A stretch of DNA of 64,000 nt from Alphaproteobacteria bacterium (GCA_009377375.1 WHUE01000004.1:18605-82604), one strand, 5' to 3'; positions 1-13,439 are shown, counted from the stretch's first letter. Numbers and translations: made by a program. Notes: a model not told the origin generated them from the letters alone.

Positions 1-393
1 CATCAGCAGCCGCCCCCAGCCCGGACCGGCCAGCCGGTGCGCGCAGAGCGCGGCGACGCCCGGGAACAGCGCCAGATAGGCGGACAGGGACACGACCGCG
101 AACGGGGCCAGCGCGCCATAGCGCTCCGCCTCGACCATGAAGGCCTCGGCGACCCAGTACATGCCGGTGCAGAAATAGGCGAAGCCGAACCACCACCCGG
201 CGGCGAAGGCGGCGCGGCCGCGCGGGGCGGCCTCGATCAGCCAGACCAGCCCGACGAAGGAAACCGGAAGCAGGAAGACCGCATGCACCGGCGGCAGCGC
301 GGCGGCCGCGAGGGCGCCGAGCAGCAGCGCCGCCGCGATGCGGCGGAAGCGGCCCCACGACGCGGCGGCGGCGCGCGCCCGCGCCAGAATCAT
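1..393 (-). CDS. lnt: apolipoprotein N-acyltransferase, N-terminal part (runs off window)
   Basis: Manual translation from ATG at 393: MILARARAAAAWGRFRRIAAALLLGALAAAALPPVHAVFLLPVSFVGLVWLIE; ATGA overlap with corC stop; conserved ybeY-corC-lnt order. Confidence 0.85.
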   Translation of the reverse strand, partial: MILARARAAAASWGRFRRIAAALLLGALAAAALPPVHAVFLLPVSFVGLVWLIEAAPRGRAAFAAGWWFGFAYFCTGMYWVAEAFMVEAERYGALAPFAVVSLSAYLALFPGVAALCAHRLAGPGWGRLLM

Positions 394-1316
394 TCGCCGC
401 CGGCCCTGGCCGGAAGGTTGGAGATGCGCATGCGGCGGATACGGCGGGGATCGGCGTCGCGGATTTCGAACTCGACCCCGGAGGAATGGCGGATGATTTC
501 GCCTTTCACCGGCACGCGCCCCGCCAGGTAGGCGACGAGCCCGCCCAGCGTATCGATATCCTCCTCGCGCTCGTCGGGGGTCAGGATGGCCCCGGCCCAC
601 TCCTCGAACTCGTTCAGCTCGACCCGCGCATCGGCGTCGAGCGCGCCGTCGGGGCGCGGCGTCATGACCGGCGCCTCGTCGTCGTCGTGCTCGTCCTCGA
701 TCTCGCCGATGATCTCCTCGACCAGATCCTCGATGGTGACCAGCCCGTCCACGCCGCCGAATTCGTCCACCACCAGCGCCATGTGCATGCGGTTGACGCG
801 CATCTGCAGCAGCAGCTCCAGGATCGGCATGGACGGCGCGACGAACAGCACCTTGCGCACGAGGTCGGTCAGCTTGACGCTGCCAGAGCGGTCGCGCGCC
901 CAGGCCGCCAGCACGTCCTTGATGTGGATCATGCCGGCCACGTCGTCGAGCGTGCCGCGATAGACCGGAATGCGCGAATGCGCCTCCGCACTCATCGTCC
1001 TGACCAGGTCGTCGAGCGAGGTTTCGGCGTCGAGCGCGACGATGTCGGCGCGCGGCACCATCACGTCATAGGCGGTGAGGACATGCAGGTTGAGGATGTT
1101 GCGCAGCAGCATGAGCTCGTCGGCGGAGGCCGGCAGGTGGCCGGGGTCTTCCTGCTGGATGAGCTCCTCGAGGGATTCGCGCAGCCCCGCCCCGTTGCGA
1201 TGGCCGAAGAGGCGGCGGACCAGGTTGCGCAGCGACCCGCCGGACGAAGCGCCGGACGGCGAATCTTCAGGGTCTGGTTCCGCCGGGGCGGGCGGTTTCT
1301 GCGGCATCGCGTTCAT
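390..1316 (-). CDS. corC: CBS-domain hemolysin/CorC-family Mg/Co transport protein
   Basis: DVMVPRADI, HSRIPVY, VVDEFGGVDGLVTIEDLVEEIIGEIEDEHD, C-terminal CorC_HlyC. Confidence 0.9.
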   Translation of the reverse strand: MNAMPQKPPAPAEPDPEDSPSGASSGGSLRNLVRRLFGHRNGAGLRESLEELIQQEDPGHLPASADELMLLRNILNLHVLTAYDVMVPRADIVALDAETSLDDLVRTMSAEAHSRIPVYRGTLDDVAGMIHIKDVLAAWARDRSGSVKLTDLVRKVLFVAPSMPILELLLQMRVNRMHMALVVDEFGGVDGLVTIEDLVEEIIGEIEDEHDDDEAPVMTPRPDGALDADARVELNEFEEWAGAILTPDEREEDIDTLGGLVAYLAGRVPVKGEIIRHSSGVEFEIRDADPRRIRRMRISNLPARAGGE

Positions 1317-1812
1317 AGGCTCCGGGAAGCATGATCCGCCGCGTACGGGTTTTCAATACCGATCTGCGCCAGCGCGCGCGCCTCCGCCCCCTCCATCGCC
1401 TCGGCCTCGGCGTCGGTTTCGTGATCGAACCCCAGCAGATGGAGCACGCCGTGCGCGATCAGGTGGCAGAGATGCGCTTCCGCCGTCTTGCCGTCGCGCG
1501 CGGCTTCGGCCAGCGTCGTCTCCAGCGCCACGGCGACGTCGCCCAGCATCACCGGCGCATCGGGCGCGCCCGGCCCGTTGCCGGCGGGAAAGGCGAGCAC
1601 GTTGGTGGACTCGTCGCGCCGGCGCCAGTCGCGGTTGAGGCCCCGCACGAAATCGTCGTCGGCCAGCGCGATGCTGATCTCGACCGCCCTCGGGGCATCC
1701 GCGGCGGCCAGCGCGGCGCGTGCGGCGCGGCGGCAGGCCGCGGCGGGGCCGGGCAGCGCCGCGCGCCAGCCGGGCGCCGTCACCGAAACCGAAATCACCG
1801 TGCGCGGGCGGG

Positions 1813-1816
<4 letters not shown>
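1313..1816 (-). CDS. ybeY: rRNA maturation RNase YbeY
   Basis: TNVLAFP, LGDVAVALET, HLIAHGVLHLLGFDH. Confidence 0.95.
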
Positions 1817-2855
<1,039 letters not shown>

Positions 2856-2859
<4 letters not shown>

Positions 2860-4226
2860 GCGCTTGCCTGCCGCAAGGGACCTGTGGCTTCCGCCGCCGC
2901 CGCGATGCGGCCGGCGAGCGAGTTGCCGTGCGCCGCCGCGATATGCACGGTCGCGACCCGGCCGAACAGCGAAGCGGCGCGTTCCGCGCCGCCACAGGAG
3001 ACGTGCACCGCCTGCATGTGCGGCGACCGCCCGCCGAGCTGGGCGGGATGCCGGGCGCGGCGGTCGAGAAGCACCTTCACGTCGCGCCCGACGAAAGCGC
3101 GGTTGAAGGCAAGCTGCGAGGCGCCCAGCGCGGCCTGCAGCCGGGCCAGCCGCTCGGCCTTCACGGCTTCGGGGAGCTGGGCGTCCATTTCGGCGGCGGG
3201 AGTGCCGGGGCGCGGGCTGTACTTGAAGGAATAGGCCTGGGCGAACCCGGTCTCGGCCACCAGCGCCAGCGTCGCCTCGAAATCGGCTTCCGTCTCGCCC
3301 GGATGGCCGACGATAAAGTCCGACGACAGCGCGATGTCGGGGCGGACGCGGCGCAGGCGGTCGACGATGCGGCGGTAGTCGTCCGCGGTATGCCCGCGGT
3401 TCATTCGCGCCAGGATCTCGTCCGATCCCGACTGCACCGGCAGGTGCAGACAGGGCATCAGCTTCGGATTCTCGCCATGGGCGCGGATCAGCGCGTCGTC
3501 CATGTCGCGCGGGTGGGAGGTGGTGTAGCGCAGCCGCTCCAGCCCGTCGATGCCGGCCAGCGCGTCGAGCAGCGCGGCCAGCCCGCCTTCGGCGCCGTGC
3601 CAGGCGTTGACGTTCTGTCCCAGCAGGGTGATCTCGCGCGCGCCGCCCTCGACCAGCAGGCGCGCCTCCGCCGTCACCGCGACGAGCGGACGGGAAAATT
3701 CCGCCCCGCGCGTATAGGGGACGACGCAGAAGGCGCAGAACTTGTCGCAGCCTTCCTGCACGGTCAGGAAGGCTGACGGGCCCTGCGCGGCGGCGGGCGG
3801 CAGGTGATCGAACTTGGCCTCGACGGGGAAATCCGTTTCGACCCGCGCGCCGCCCGCTCCCAGACCGCGCAGCATGTCCGGCAGGCGGTGATAGGTCTGC
3901 GGGCCGAACACCAGGTCGACCTGCGGCGCGCGGCGGATAATCTCGTCGCCTTCGGCCTGGGCGACGCAGCCGCCCACCGCGATGGTGACGGCGCGGCCGC
4001 CCGCCATCATGCGCTCTGCGCGCAGGCCGCGCAGCCGGCCCAGCTCGGAATAGATCTTTTCCGCCGCCTTCTCGCGAATGTGGCAGGTGTTCAGGATCAC
4101 CAGATCGGCATCGTCCGGCGCATCGACATTTTCATAGCCCATCGGCGCCAGGACGTCCGCCATGCGGGCGGCGTCATAGACGTTCATCTGGCAGCCGTAG
4201 CTTTTAATGAAGAGCTTTTTCGCCAA
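2856..4226 (-). CDS. miaB: tRNA ms2i6A37 methylthiotransferase MiaB
   Basis: [26 protein letters not shown] radical-SAM motif, C-terminal TRAM. Confidence 0.97.
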
Positions 4227-4313
4227 CAGCGTTTTCCAAAGGGGCGGGCCGCGCCGGACCGCAACCGCGCCCGGCCCGCGCAGCGTCCGAAACTAGCACC
4301 GGGACGGTCTGAG

Positions 4314-5186
4314 TCAAGAATGGGCGACGGCGGAGCCGCTGGGCTGCGGCACCGCTGGCGGCGGCAGCGCCCGGCCGCTGAGCGCGGCCTGCACCCCGCC
4401 ATCGACCAGGGAGAAGCAGTAATCGGCGAGCGCCCTGCGGCTGTCGAACCCGTCGCCGCGCACCGGCGGGTGGAACTCCACCGTCACCGCGATGCGGCCG
4501 AGCCCCAGCATGCGCCTGAGATGCGGCATCAGGGACATGTCGCCATACCAGGCGACATAGGGCCGCATCAGCCGGCCCATCGGGATGCCATCGAGGGCGG
4601 TATAGGCGATCGAGACCGGCTGCACGGTGAGCGGCTCGTCCACGCCGCGCTGCGCGACGGCGAACAGGGCGGACTTGAACGGCAGGACGAAATTGCCGTC
4701 GTCGCTGGTGCCCTCGGGAAACAGGACCAGGCTGTCGCCCGCGCGCAGCCGGCCGGCAATGTCGTCACGCTGCTGCGCCGCCTCGATCGCCCGGCGCTGG
4801 ATGAAAACGGTGCGCTGCAGCCTGGCGAGGAGGCCGAAGAAGGGCCATCCGTCGATCTCCGCCTTGGCGATGAAGGAGGCCGAAATCAGCGAGCCGAGCA
4901 CGGTGATGTCGATATAGGAGACGTGGTTGGAGACGAACAGCGTCGGGCGCGTCGTCGACCTCTCGCCCCGCACGGTGATGTCGAATCCCATCAGCCGCGT
5001 GCAGACCCGGTGGTAGATGAGCGGGATGCGGCCCGGATTCGGCAGGCCGAGGCGCAGCACGAGCCACTGCGACGGGATGACGAGCACCGTAAGGAGGAAA
5101 TAGCCGGAAAGGCGCAACAGAGCGCGGGCGGAGGAACCCTTGCCTTCGAAGTCAGTCCGAGCCGCCTTTGCGGGCCGATCGTTCAT
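4314..5186 (-). CDS. olsA: lysophospholipid acyltransferase, probable lyso-ornithine lipid O-acyltransferase
   Basis: NHVSYID, FIAKAEI, FPEGT motifs; directly downstream of olsB-like gene. Confidence 0.75.
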   Translation of the reverse strand: MNDRPAKAARTDFEGKGSSARALLRLSGYFLLTVLVIPSQWLVLRLGLPNPGRIPLIYHRVCTRLMGFDITVRGERSTTRPTLFVSNHVSYIDITVLGSLISASFIAKAEIDGWPFFGLLARLQRTVFIQRRAIEAAQQRDDIAGRLRAGDSLVLFPEGTSDDGNFVLPFKSALFAVAQRGVDEPLTVQPVSIAYTALDGIPMGRLMRPYVAWYGDMSLMPHLRRMLGLGRIAVTVEFHPPVRGDGFDSRRALADYCFSLVDGGVQAALSGRALPPPAVPQPSGSAVAHS

Positions 5187-6006
5187 AATGCCGAATGTAC
5201 TTGTCCGTGACGAGGTCGGTCTTTACCACGATGCTGACGTCGGTGGTATTGAACTGGTGGTCGACCACCGCCCCGTCGCCGACGAAGCCGCCGAGCCGCA
5301 GATAGCCCTTGATCAGCGGCGGCAGCGCCGCCAGCGCGGCGCGCACGTCGATGTCGTCCCGCGGGATCGAGCCCATCGCGACGTAGCGTTCGGACAGCGC
5401 CCGGGGACGCAGCGGCTCGGGCGCGAGGTGATAGTGCCGCAGATAGGACAGCGGCAGGTTCAGGGCCTCCGGATCGGCGCCGGGCACGCTGGCGCAGCCG
5501 AACATCACCGGCACGTCGTAATGGGCGACATAGGCCGCGATCGCATTCCACAGCAGGTTCATGGTCGGCCGGTTACGGTATTCCGCATCGACGCAGGACC
5601 GCCCCAGCTCCATGATCTCGCCCGGCTGGGCGACCAGCGGCGAGATATCGTACTCGGCGGCCGAATAAAAGGCCCCGTGCCGCTCCGCCGCGCTGCGCCG
5701 CATCAGCCGGTAGGTGCCGACCACCCCGCAGGGCAGGTCCTTCCGGGCGCGATCGATCACCAGCAGATGGTCGCAGGCGGCGTCGAACGCATCGCTGTCG
5801 CGGCGCGCGGCGCGGGCGCCGTCGCTGGGCCGGGCGTGCATCTCCTCGTAGAACACGCGGTAGCGCAGCGCCTGGGCCGCGTCGATCTCCGCGTCCCGAA
5901 CGGCGAGACGCGCGACCAGATTGCCGGTTTCGATCGGCGGGATCGGGGAGTCGGGACGCAGGGGTCTTCCGATCTTTCCCGCGGCGTTCATGAGGCTGGT
6001 TGCCAT
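5152..6006 (-). CDS. olsB: ornithine N-acyltransferase (GNAT) OlsB
   Basis: AQALRYRVFYEE, VVGTYRL, ELGRSCV, PPLIKGYLRLG, DHQFNTTD; start uncertain (6006 or 5991). Confidence 0.85.
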   Translation of the reverse strand: MATSLMNAAGKIGRPLRPDSPIPPIETGNLVARLAVRDAEIDAAQALRYRVFYEEMHARPSDGARAARRDSDAFDAACDHLLVIDRARKDLPCGVVGTYRLMRRSAAERHGAFYSAAEYDISPLVAQPGEIMELGRSCVDAEYRNRPTMNLLWNAIAAYVAHYDVPVMFGCASVPGADPEALNLPLSYLRHYHLAPEPLRPRALSERYVAMGSIPRDDIDVRAALAALPPLIKGYLRLGGFVGDGAVVDHQFNTTDVSIVVKTDLVTDKYIRHYERSARKGGSD

Positions 6007-6073
6007 GAGACCAAACCAATACGCGCCAACAATGACGGATTTTTGACGATCAGGACAGACCGTACCCGGACCG

Positions 6074-6529
6074 TCAGCCCTGGCCGGTGCCCTTGCCCTT
6101 CGCCTTCGGCCGCACCTTGGAGCCCAGCGGCACGCCGTAAAGCTCCAGCCGGTCGTCGACGAGCTCATAGCCCATCTCCTGGGCGATGCGCTGCTTCATC
6201 GACTCGAGCTCCTCGTTCTCGAACTCGAGCACCTTGCCGGTGCGCATGTCGATCAGATGATGATGGTGATGGTCCTCGGTCGCCGGCTCGTAACGCGACC
6301 GCCCGTCGCCGAAATCGTGCCGGTTGATGATGTTCGCGATGTCGAACAGCCGCAGCGTGCGGTAGACCGTCGCAATGCTGATGCGGGGATCGATATCGGA
6401 CGCGCGGTGGTAGACCTGCTCGACGTCCGGATGGTCCGTCGAGTCGGACAGCACTTGCGCAATGACGCGCCGCTGGCCCGTCATCTTCATGCCTTTTTTC
6501 AGGCAGGCGCGTTCGATGCGCGAGACCAT
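6074..6529 (-). CDS. fur: Fur-family transcriptional regulator
   Basis: MTGQRRVI, DHPDVEQVY, ISIATVYRTLRLF, HHHLID. Confidence 0.9.
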   Translation of the reverse strand: MVSRIERACLKKGMKMTGQRRVIAQVLSDSTDHPDVEQVYHRASDIDPRISIATVYRTLRLFDIANIINRHDFGDGRSRYEPATEDHHHHHLIDMRTGKVLEFENEELESMKQRIAQEMGYELVDDRLELYGVPLGSKVRPKAKGKGTGQG

Positions 6530-6642
6530 CGTTCCCCCTAAGTATTGCCTCCTACAGGCCAGATAAAGTTACTACAGCCGAAGGCAAGCCGCAAACGCAA
6601 CGACAGGCAGGGATTTACAGGGAAAACGGCGGATCCGCCCGC

Positions 6643-7068
6643 TCAGCCGCCACGCTGCCGGCCGAGACCGATCTTCTTCGCCAGCGCGCTGCGCTGCTTG
6701 GCGTAGTTCGGCGCGACCATGGGGTAATCCGGCGGCAGACTCCAGCGGGCGCGGTATTCCTCCGGCGTCATGTTGTAGGCCGTCTTGAGATGGCGCTTGA
6801 GCATTTTCAGCTTTCTGCCATCCTCCAGGCACACGATATAATCCGGGGTGACGGAACGGCGGATCGGCACCGCGGGCTGCAGCTCGGGCGCGGCATCGAC
6901 CGGGCCCGACACGCTCTCCAGGGTCTTGTATACGGTGCGAACCAGATCCGGAAGCTCCGCCAGCGAGACCGTCGTGCTGCGCAGATGCGCCGACAGGATT
7001 TGCGTCGTCCACTGGAGAAGTTCTTCGGCCTTGGGCTTATCGATCATGCAGATGTGCTCCCGGTTCAC
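6643..7068 (-). CDS. mucR: MucR/Ros-family regulator
   Basis: PAVPIRRSVTPDYIVCLEDGRKLKMLKRHL, PPDYPMVAPNYAKQRSALAKKIGLG; start may be 7047. Confidence 0.92.
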   Translation of the reverse strand: MNREHICMIDKPKAEELLQWTTQILSAHLRSTTVSLAELPDLVRTVYKTLESVSGPVDAAPELQPAVPIRRSVTPDYIVCLEDGRKLKMLKRHLKTAYNMTPEEYRARWSLPPDYPMVAPNYAKQRSALAKKIGLGRQRGG

Positions 7069-7138
7069 AGGCGACGAATTTATACTATAAAGGTTCGTTT
7101 CGATTAATCAATCGATGTAGCAGTAAATCAGTCGGCAA

Positions 7139-7387
7139 ATGAGCGCACCGGACGACTACTTTTTGGACATCACACAGGATGTATGTCCGATGACATTCGT
7201 CAAGACACGGCTTCTTATCGAGAAGATGGCGGCGGGCGAGACCGCCGAGATCCGCCTCAGCGGCGGCGAACCCCTTGAAAACGTGCCAGAATCGGTCGCC
7301 GAGCTGGGGCACGAGGTGCTCGGAATCGAGCATGAGCCCGACACGGCGGAACCCGGCATACACCGCATCCGCGTCCGCAAGCGCTGA
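7139..7387 (+). CDS. TusA-family sulfurtransferase
   Basis: LDITQDVCPMTFVKTRL CPxP-type motif; 82 aa. Confidence 0.85.
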   Translation: MSAPDDYFLDITQDVCPMTFVKTRLLIEKMAAGETAEIRLSGGEPLENVPESVAELGHEVLGIEHEPDTAEPGIHRIRVRKR

Positions 7388-7418
7388 CGCACGCGGCACC
7401 GGTGTTAATCCGGAATAT

Positions 7419-9158
7419 TCAGAGGAAGCAGCCGGCTTCCTGCAGGTCGGCGGGATTGTCCACGTCCAGCCAGTGGCCCGTCACGTAGACGGCCCTCACC
7501 TCGTGCCCCACGTCGATCAGCCGCTGGACGAGGTCGATCATGCTGGAGTCTGCCAACACGCCCTCCGCCGCCATCGCATCCAGCGTTGCGCGCACCAGGG
7601 AAGCCCCGGCCGCGCTGAGCCGGGCCACGCCGATCCATTCGCCGTCGATCGCGGCCTCGTCCAGCCCGGCGCCGATGGCCGTGACCGCAACGGCGTCCTC
7701 GTCCAGATAGCCGGCGCGGAACCGCGTCGCGCAGGCGACCAGGTCGCGGGTGCGCGAGGCGGGGTCCGGGTCGCGTTCGCGCCACATCGCATCGACCGCC
7801 AGCACGATGTCGCCGTCCGCCGCGCGCAGCCGGTCGAGGATGTACTGGCGGAACAGCACGTCGCCATAGGCCACAACCGTCTCGCCGTCGAGCGTCGCCG
7901 CGGCGCAGGCGAGCGTCGCCGCCTCGCCGGTATCGGCGAAGGCGTCGTTGTCCACGGTTTTCACGCTGGGCAGGTTGACCATCTCCTTGCGGTAGCCGCG
8001 CACCACCGTGATGTCATGCACCCCGCCGCCATTCAGCGTATCGACCAGCCGGCTGAGGAGCGGCCGGCCGCGCACCTCGACCATGCATTTGGGCCGGTCG
8101 GCGGTGAGCGGGCCCAACTCCACTCCGCGCGAGGCCGCCAGCACAATGGCGCGCGGCGCGTCGGGGGTGGTCGGCAGGTACCGCTTCTCGGCGTCGGCCA
8201 GCTCGTCGTTGCCGGCCAGCTCGAACACCTGCTTGACCGTGGCGATGCCGTTCTCGACCCCGGCCAGCCCCTCGTCGCGGAAGATGCGCGACGAGGCCTC
8301 GCGCATCGCGGTGATCGCGGCGCGCAGATTGTGATTGGCCCAGATGACCAGCGAGACGCTGGCCTCGCGCCAGCGATCGGTCGGGGTGTCGTAATAGGTG
8401 GTCGGCACGATCACGACCGGGCAGCGCCCGGCCCATTCGCGCATGAACTCCAGGATCTCGCCGGGGTCGCGCTTCTTGGAATGGATCAGCAGCGCGTCCG
8501 CGCCGGCGCCGTGATACGCCTCGGCGCGGCGCAGCGCCTCCGCCATGCCGCGCCCCGATATCAGCGCCTCGATCCGGGCGACGACGCAGAAATCGGCGTC
8601 CTCCTGGCTGTCCTTACCGGCCTTGATCTTGCCGCAGAACTCGTCGATATCGGCCAGCGGCTGACCGTCGCCGATGAACGAGTTGGTCTTCGGGAACAGC
8701 TTGTCCTCGATGCAGATGCCGGCGATGCCCCGTTGCCCCAGCTTGCGCACCACGCGGCGCACGTTGTTGAAGTTGCCGTAGCCGGTATCGCCGTCCACCA
8801 GGATCGGGACCGAGGTGGCGTCGGACATGAACTCCAGCACCTCGAGCACCTGCGTCCAGGACGCCTCGTTGCTGTCGCGCACGCCGAGCGCGGCCGACAT
8901 GGTCAGCCCCGACGCCCAGATGCCCTTGAACCCCGTCTCCTCGACGATCTTGGCGGAAAGCCCGTCATGGGCCTCCATGATGAACTCGGTCCGGGCCGAG
9001 GCCAGCAGGGCCCGCAGCCGGCCCGCCTTGGTATCGGATGCGGGGGCGCGGCTGCGCGCCTGCGCCAGGGACGCGACGTTCGGTGCGGTCGATCGGGTGG
9101 CCACCGGCCCCTCCATAAATCGGTGCGATGCGCGCGATTGCGGCAGAGGAAGGACCAT
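7419..9158 (-). CDS. pepM: phosphoenolpyruvate mutase fused to C-terminal nucleotidyltransferase
   Basis: Diagnostic [10 protein letters not shown] (EDK-X5-NS), DGDTGYG; C-terminal AIVLAASRG...[24 protein letters not shown]; start may be 9116. Confidence 0.93.
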   Translation of the reverse strand: MVLPLPQSRASHRFMEGPVATRSTAPNVASLAQARSRAPASDTKAGRLRALLASARTEFIMEAHDGLSAKIVEETGFKGIWASGLTMSAALGVRDSNEASWTQVLEVLEFMSDATSVPILVDGDTGYGNFNNVRRVVRKLGQRGIAGICIEDKLFPKTNSFIGDGQPLADIDEFCGKIKAGKDSQEDADFCVVARIEALISGRGMAEALRRAEAYHGAGADALLIHSKKRDPGEILEFMREWAGRCPVVIVPTTYYDTPTDRWREASVSLVIWANHNLRAAITAMREASSRIFRDEGLAGVENGIATVKQVFELAGNDELADAEKRYLPTTPDAPRAIVLAASRGVELGPLTADRPKCMVEVRGRPLLSRLVDTLNGGGVHDITVVRGYRKEMVNLPSVKTVDNDAFADTGEAATLACAAATLDGETVVAYGDVLFRQYILDRLRAADGDIVLAVDAMWRERDPDPASRTRDLVACATRFRAGYLDEDAVAVTAIGAGLDEAAIDGEWIGVARLSAAGASLVRATLDAMAAEGVLADSSMIDLVQRLIDVGHEVRAVYVTGHWLDVDNPADLQEAGCFL

Positions 9159-9250
9159 AGTTGGGAATCGCCCCGGATTTCAACAAGATGACGATATGGC
9201 GACCGGGCCGTGACAGCATGTCCCGGCGGCGGCGGGCGGAGCGGGCCGCG

Positions 9251-10111
9251 CTAACCCCCCGCTCCCGCATAGCGGGCAAGGCGCACCGAGGCGGCCTCCA
9301 GCGCGGCGGGGAACCCGTCCGACATCAGGAAGGCGTACTCCGCCTCGCGCTGGTCGGTCAGCGAATCGAGCCGGCGCAGCGCGTCGTCCACGTGGCCCGG
9401 ATGGCACATGATCAGCGTGCGCGGCCGCGTGGCCACCAGGAAGCGCCGGAACAGCGCGCCGAAATCGCGGCCGGGCGCCAGGTCGTAAATGCCTGCGAAC
9501 CCGTCATTGACCGGCACCCCGGCCCGGCGGGCGAGGCGATGCAGCGCCCGGCCCGGAACCGCGAGCCCCAGCGCCCGGCCCACCGATTCGCCGCGCCGCA
9601 GCACCGCGGATGCGCGTTCCCGGCCGCTGCGCAGATAGGTGCCGCGTCCGGCATAGCGGTCGCGCACCAGCCCGACCACGACCTCGCGCAGACCCGGCAG
9701 GTTCTGGATGTGATGATGGCCGTCCACGAAGTCCGGCGCGCGCCCGAGCGCCGCCTCGAAAGCGTCGAGCTGCGCCGCGAACTCCGCCCGGCATTCGCCG
9801 GCGTCCAGCCGGCGGAGCCAGGCCGCCCGCGCCAGCGCCCCGAATGTCGCGGCCCGGCCGCCCGGCGCGGTGCGCGGCATGGCGGTCAGCGGCGACAGCG
9901 TGGTCAGGCTGAGATGCACGCCGATATCGGCGTCATCGGCAACGGGCGCGAGCCAGGCGGCATGCTCGGGCCAGTACGGGCTGGCGGTCATGCAGCCGGT
10001 GGCCGTGAGGCGACCGGCGCCGATCAGCTCCGCAATGCCCCTGCTGACGGCAGGGGACAGCGCGTAATCGTCGGCGCAGAGAATAACCGGCGTGCGCGCG
10101 ACGCCGGTCAC
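9251..10111 (-). CDS. ChbG/YdjC/HpnK-family carbohydrate deacetylase
   Basis: ILCADDY, GVHLSLT, PDFVDGHHH, IMCHPG. Confidence 0.88.
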   Translation of the reverse strand: MTGVARTPVILCADDYALSPAVSRGIAELIGAGRLTATGCMTASPYWPEHAAWLAPVADDADIGVHLSLTTLSPLTAMPRTAPGGRAATFGALARAAWLRRLDAGECRAEFAAQLDAFEAALGRAPDFVDGHHHIQNLPGLREVVVGLVRDRYAGRGTYLRSGRERASAVLRRGESVGRALGLAVPGRALHRLARRAGVPVNDGFAGIYDLAPGRDFGALFRRFLVATRPRTLIMCHPGHVDDALRRLDSLTDQREAEYAFLMSDGFPAALEAASVRLARYAGAGG

Positions 10112-10328
10112 GCCCGCCCGCCGCGACGAAACCCCTGCTCCCGGAACGATCCGGCCTCAGCCGTCCCGCTCATGCGCGCCTCCGGTCCTGAATCCTGTAC
10201 CCGGCCTTGCTATGGTATCCGGTCGGCGCGGTCAATCGCGCGCGCAGGCGAAGGGTGGGGCTCGCCGTCCCGATTGACAGCCGGTACCGCCAACTGTAGA
10301 GGAAGCGCCGGACAAGGCGGGGGTTTCC

Positions 10329-11606
<1,278 letters not shown>

Positions 11607-11612
<6 letters not shown>

Positions 11613-12272
11613 GGCGGCGGACTCCCGCCTGTCGGGACGCGGATGCGCCGGATCGTAGAGCGCGAGAAAACTCGACACCGCGTGATCGATCCGCCGCAGC
11701 AGCTCGGTCTCGTCGGGCCGGTTGAGGACGCCCAGCAGCGCGCGAAGCTGCAGGCGGCCGGTCAGCGCCCCGATGAACGCCTCGGCGGCGAGGTCCGGGT
11801 CGGCGACATAGAGCCGGCCGTTCCGCGTTTCCCACGCGAGGTAGTCGGCCAGCATGGCGATGAGGCGCCCCGCCCCGACCGCGTAGATCGCGCCGCCGAG
11901 TTCCGGGAAGCGCGCCGATTCCGCTACGATCAGGCGGTACAGGGCCAGCGAGGAGGGGCGCAGCATGAGGGTGAGAAGGTCCCGACCGAACGTCCGGAGC
12001 AGACGGTCGGGCGTCGATGCCGCCGCGTCGCGCAGCACGAGCGGCGCCATCAGCGTCGCCGTCAGGTCCTCGACGATCCCCTTGAACAGCGAGTCCTTGC
12101 TGTGGAAATGGTTGTAGACCGTCTGCTTGGACACGCCGGCCTCGGACGCGATCAGGTCCATGCTGGCGGCCCCGTAGCCGAGCCGGAGAAAGACGTCGGT
12201 GCCCGCGCGCTGAATCGCCCGATGCTTGCGGCCCGACGCGTCCGGCATTGCGCTGGCGGTTCTCTGTGCCAT
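11607..12272 (-). CDS. TetR/AcrR-family regulator
   Basis: GYGAASMDLIASEAGVSKQTVYNHFHSKD HTH; divergent from RND operon. Confidence 0.93.
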
Positions 12273-12295
12273 ATTGACCCTGCTTTGCTGACAGG

Positions 12296-12323
12296 CTAGA
12301 TTGGACTGTACGGTCCAGTCTAG
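12296..12323. promoter_or_regulatory. probable TetR operator (28-bp imperfect palindrome)
   Basis: CTAGATTGGACTGT|ACGGTCCAGTCTAG, 12 of 14 positions pair; lies between divergent tetR and MFP starts. Confidence 0.8.
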
Positions 12324-12337
12324 GATCGGTCGAAACA

Positions 12338-13438
12338 ATGGAACTGTCAATGGGCCGGGCATCGAAATTCTGGGTAGCCTCGGGTGTCGCGGCGCTTCTG
12401 CTGGGCGGCGGGGGATACCATTACCTGACGGAAAGGGATGCGCCCGCCGGACCCGTCGCTCAAGCGGCCACCCCGCCCGCCGAAAAGACCGTCGCCGTGG
12501 AGGCGGAGCGGGCTTCCGTCGGCGTCGTGCTGGAGGATCTCAACGCGGTCGGCACGCTGCGGGCGAACGAGGCCGTCGCCGTTTCGCCCGAGATCGCCGG
12601 GCGCATCGACCGCATCCGCTTCGACGAGGGCGACGAGGTTGCCGCCGGCGACGTGCTGGTGGAGCTCGACGCGGCGATCCTGCGCGCCGAGCTGGCCAAG
12701 GCCCGTTCCGATCTCACCCTCGCCGAAGCCAATCGCACGCGCGCCATGACGCTGGCGCGGCAGGGCACCGGCACGCTGCGCGCGCGGGACGAGGCCCTTG
12801 CGGCCCACCAGGCGGCGCAGGCGAACATCGCGCTCGCGCAGGCCCGGCTCGACAAGGCGTCGATCAGGGCGCCGCTTTCCGGGATTGTCGGGCTGCGCGC
12901 GGTCAGCGCCGGCGCCTATGTCACGCCCGGCGACCGGATCGTGGAGCTGGCCGACATCGACCCGATCAAGGTGGATTTCCGGGTGCCCGAGCTCGCGCTT
13001 TCGAGCCTGCGTCCCGGCCAGGCCATACGCGTCGCGGTCGACGCCGTGCCGGGAAAGACGTTCGACGGCGCCGTCTACGTCATCGATCCCATCGTCGACG
13101 AGAACGGCCGCGCCATACGGCTGCGCGCCCGCGTCGCGAATCCCGACCGCGCGCTGTTCCCCGGCCTGTTCGCGCGGGTGCAAATCGTGATCGAGCGGCG
13201 CGCCAACTCGGTTCTCGTGTCGGAATCCGCGGTCTTCGCCCGCGGGCAGGAGCGGTTCGTCTATCGCGTGGTCGATGGCCGGGCGGTGCTGACGAAAATC
13301 GAGCTCGGCCAGCGGCGGCCCGGCCAGGTCGAGGTGACGGCCGGTCTCGCCCCCGATGCGGTGGTCGTCACCGCGGGCCACCAGCAGGTCCGGGACGGCG
13401 GCCGCGTCGAGATCATCGAGCCGCGCACGGGAAGCTGA
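12338..13438 (+). CDS. RND efflux periplasmic adaptor (MFP)
   Basis: N-terminal TM, lipoyl/hairpin pattern GDEVAAGDVLVELD, IRAPLSG, LFPGLFARV. Confidence 0.93.
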   Translation: MELSMGRASKFWVASGVAALLLGGGGYHYLTERDAPAGPVAQAATPPAEKTVAVEAERASVGVVLEDLNAVGTLRANEAVAVSPEIAGRIDRIRFDEGDEVAAGDVLVELDAAILRAELAKARSDLTLAEANRTRAMTLARQGTGTLRARDEALAAHQAAQANIALAQARLDKASIRAPLSGIVGLRAVSAGAYVTPGDRIVELADIDPIKVDFRVPELALSSLRPGQAIRVAVDAVPGKTFDGAVYVIDPIVDENGRAIRLRARVANPDRALFPGLFARVQIVIERRANSVLVSESAVFARGQERFVYRVVDGRAVLTKIELGQRRPGQVEVTAGLAPDAVVVTAGHQQVRDGGRVEIIEPRTGS

Positions 13439-13439
13439 G

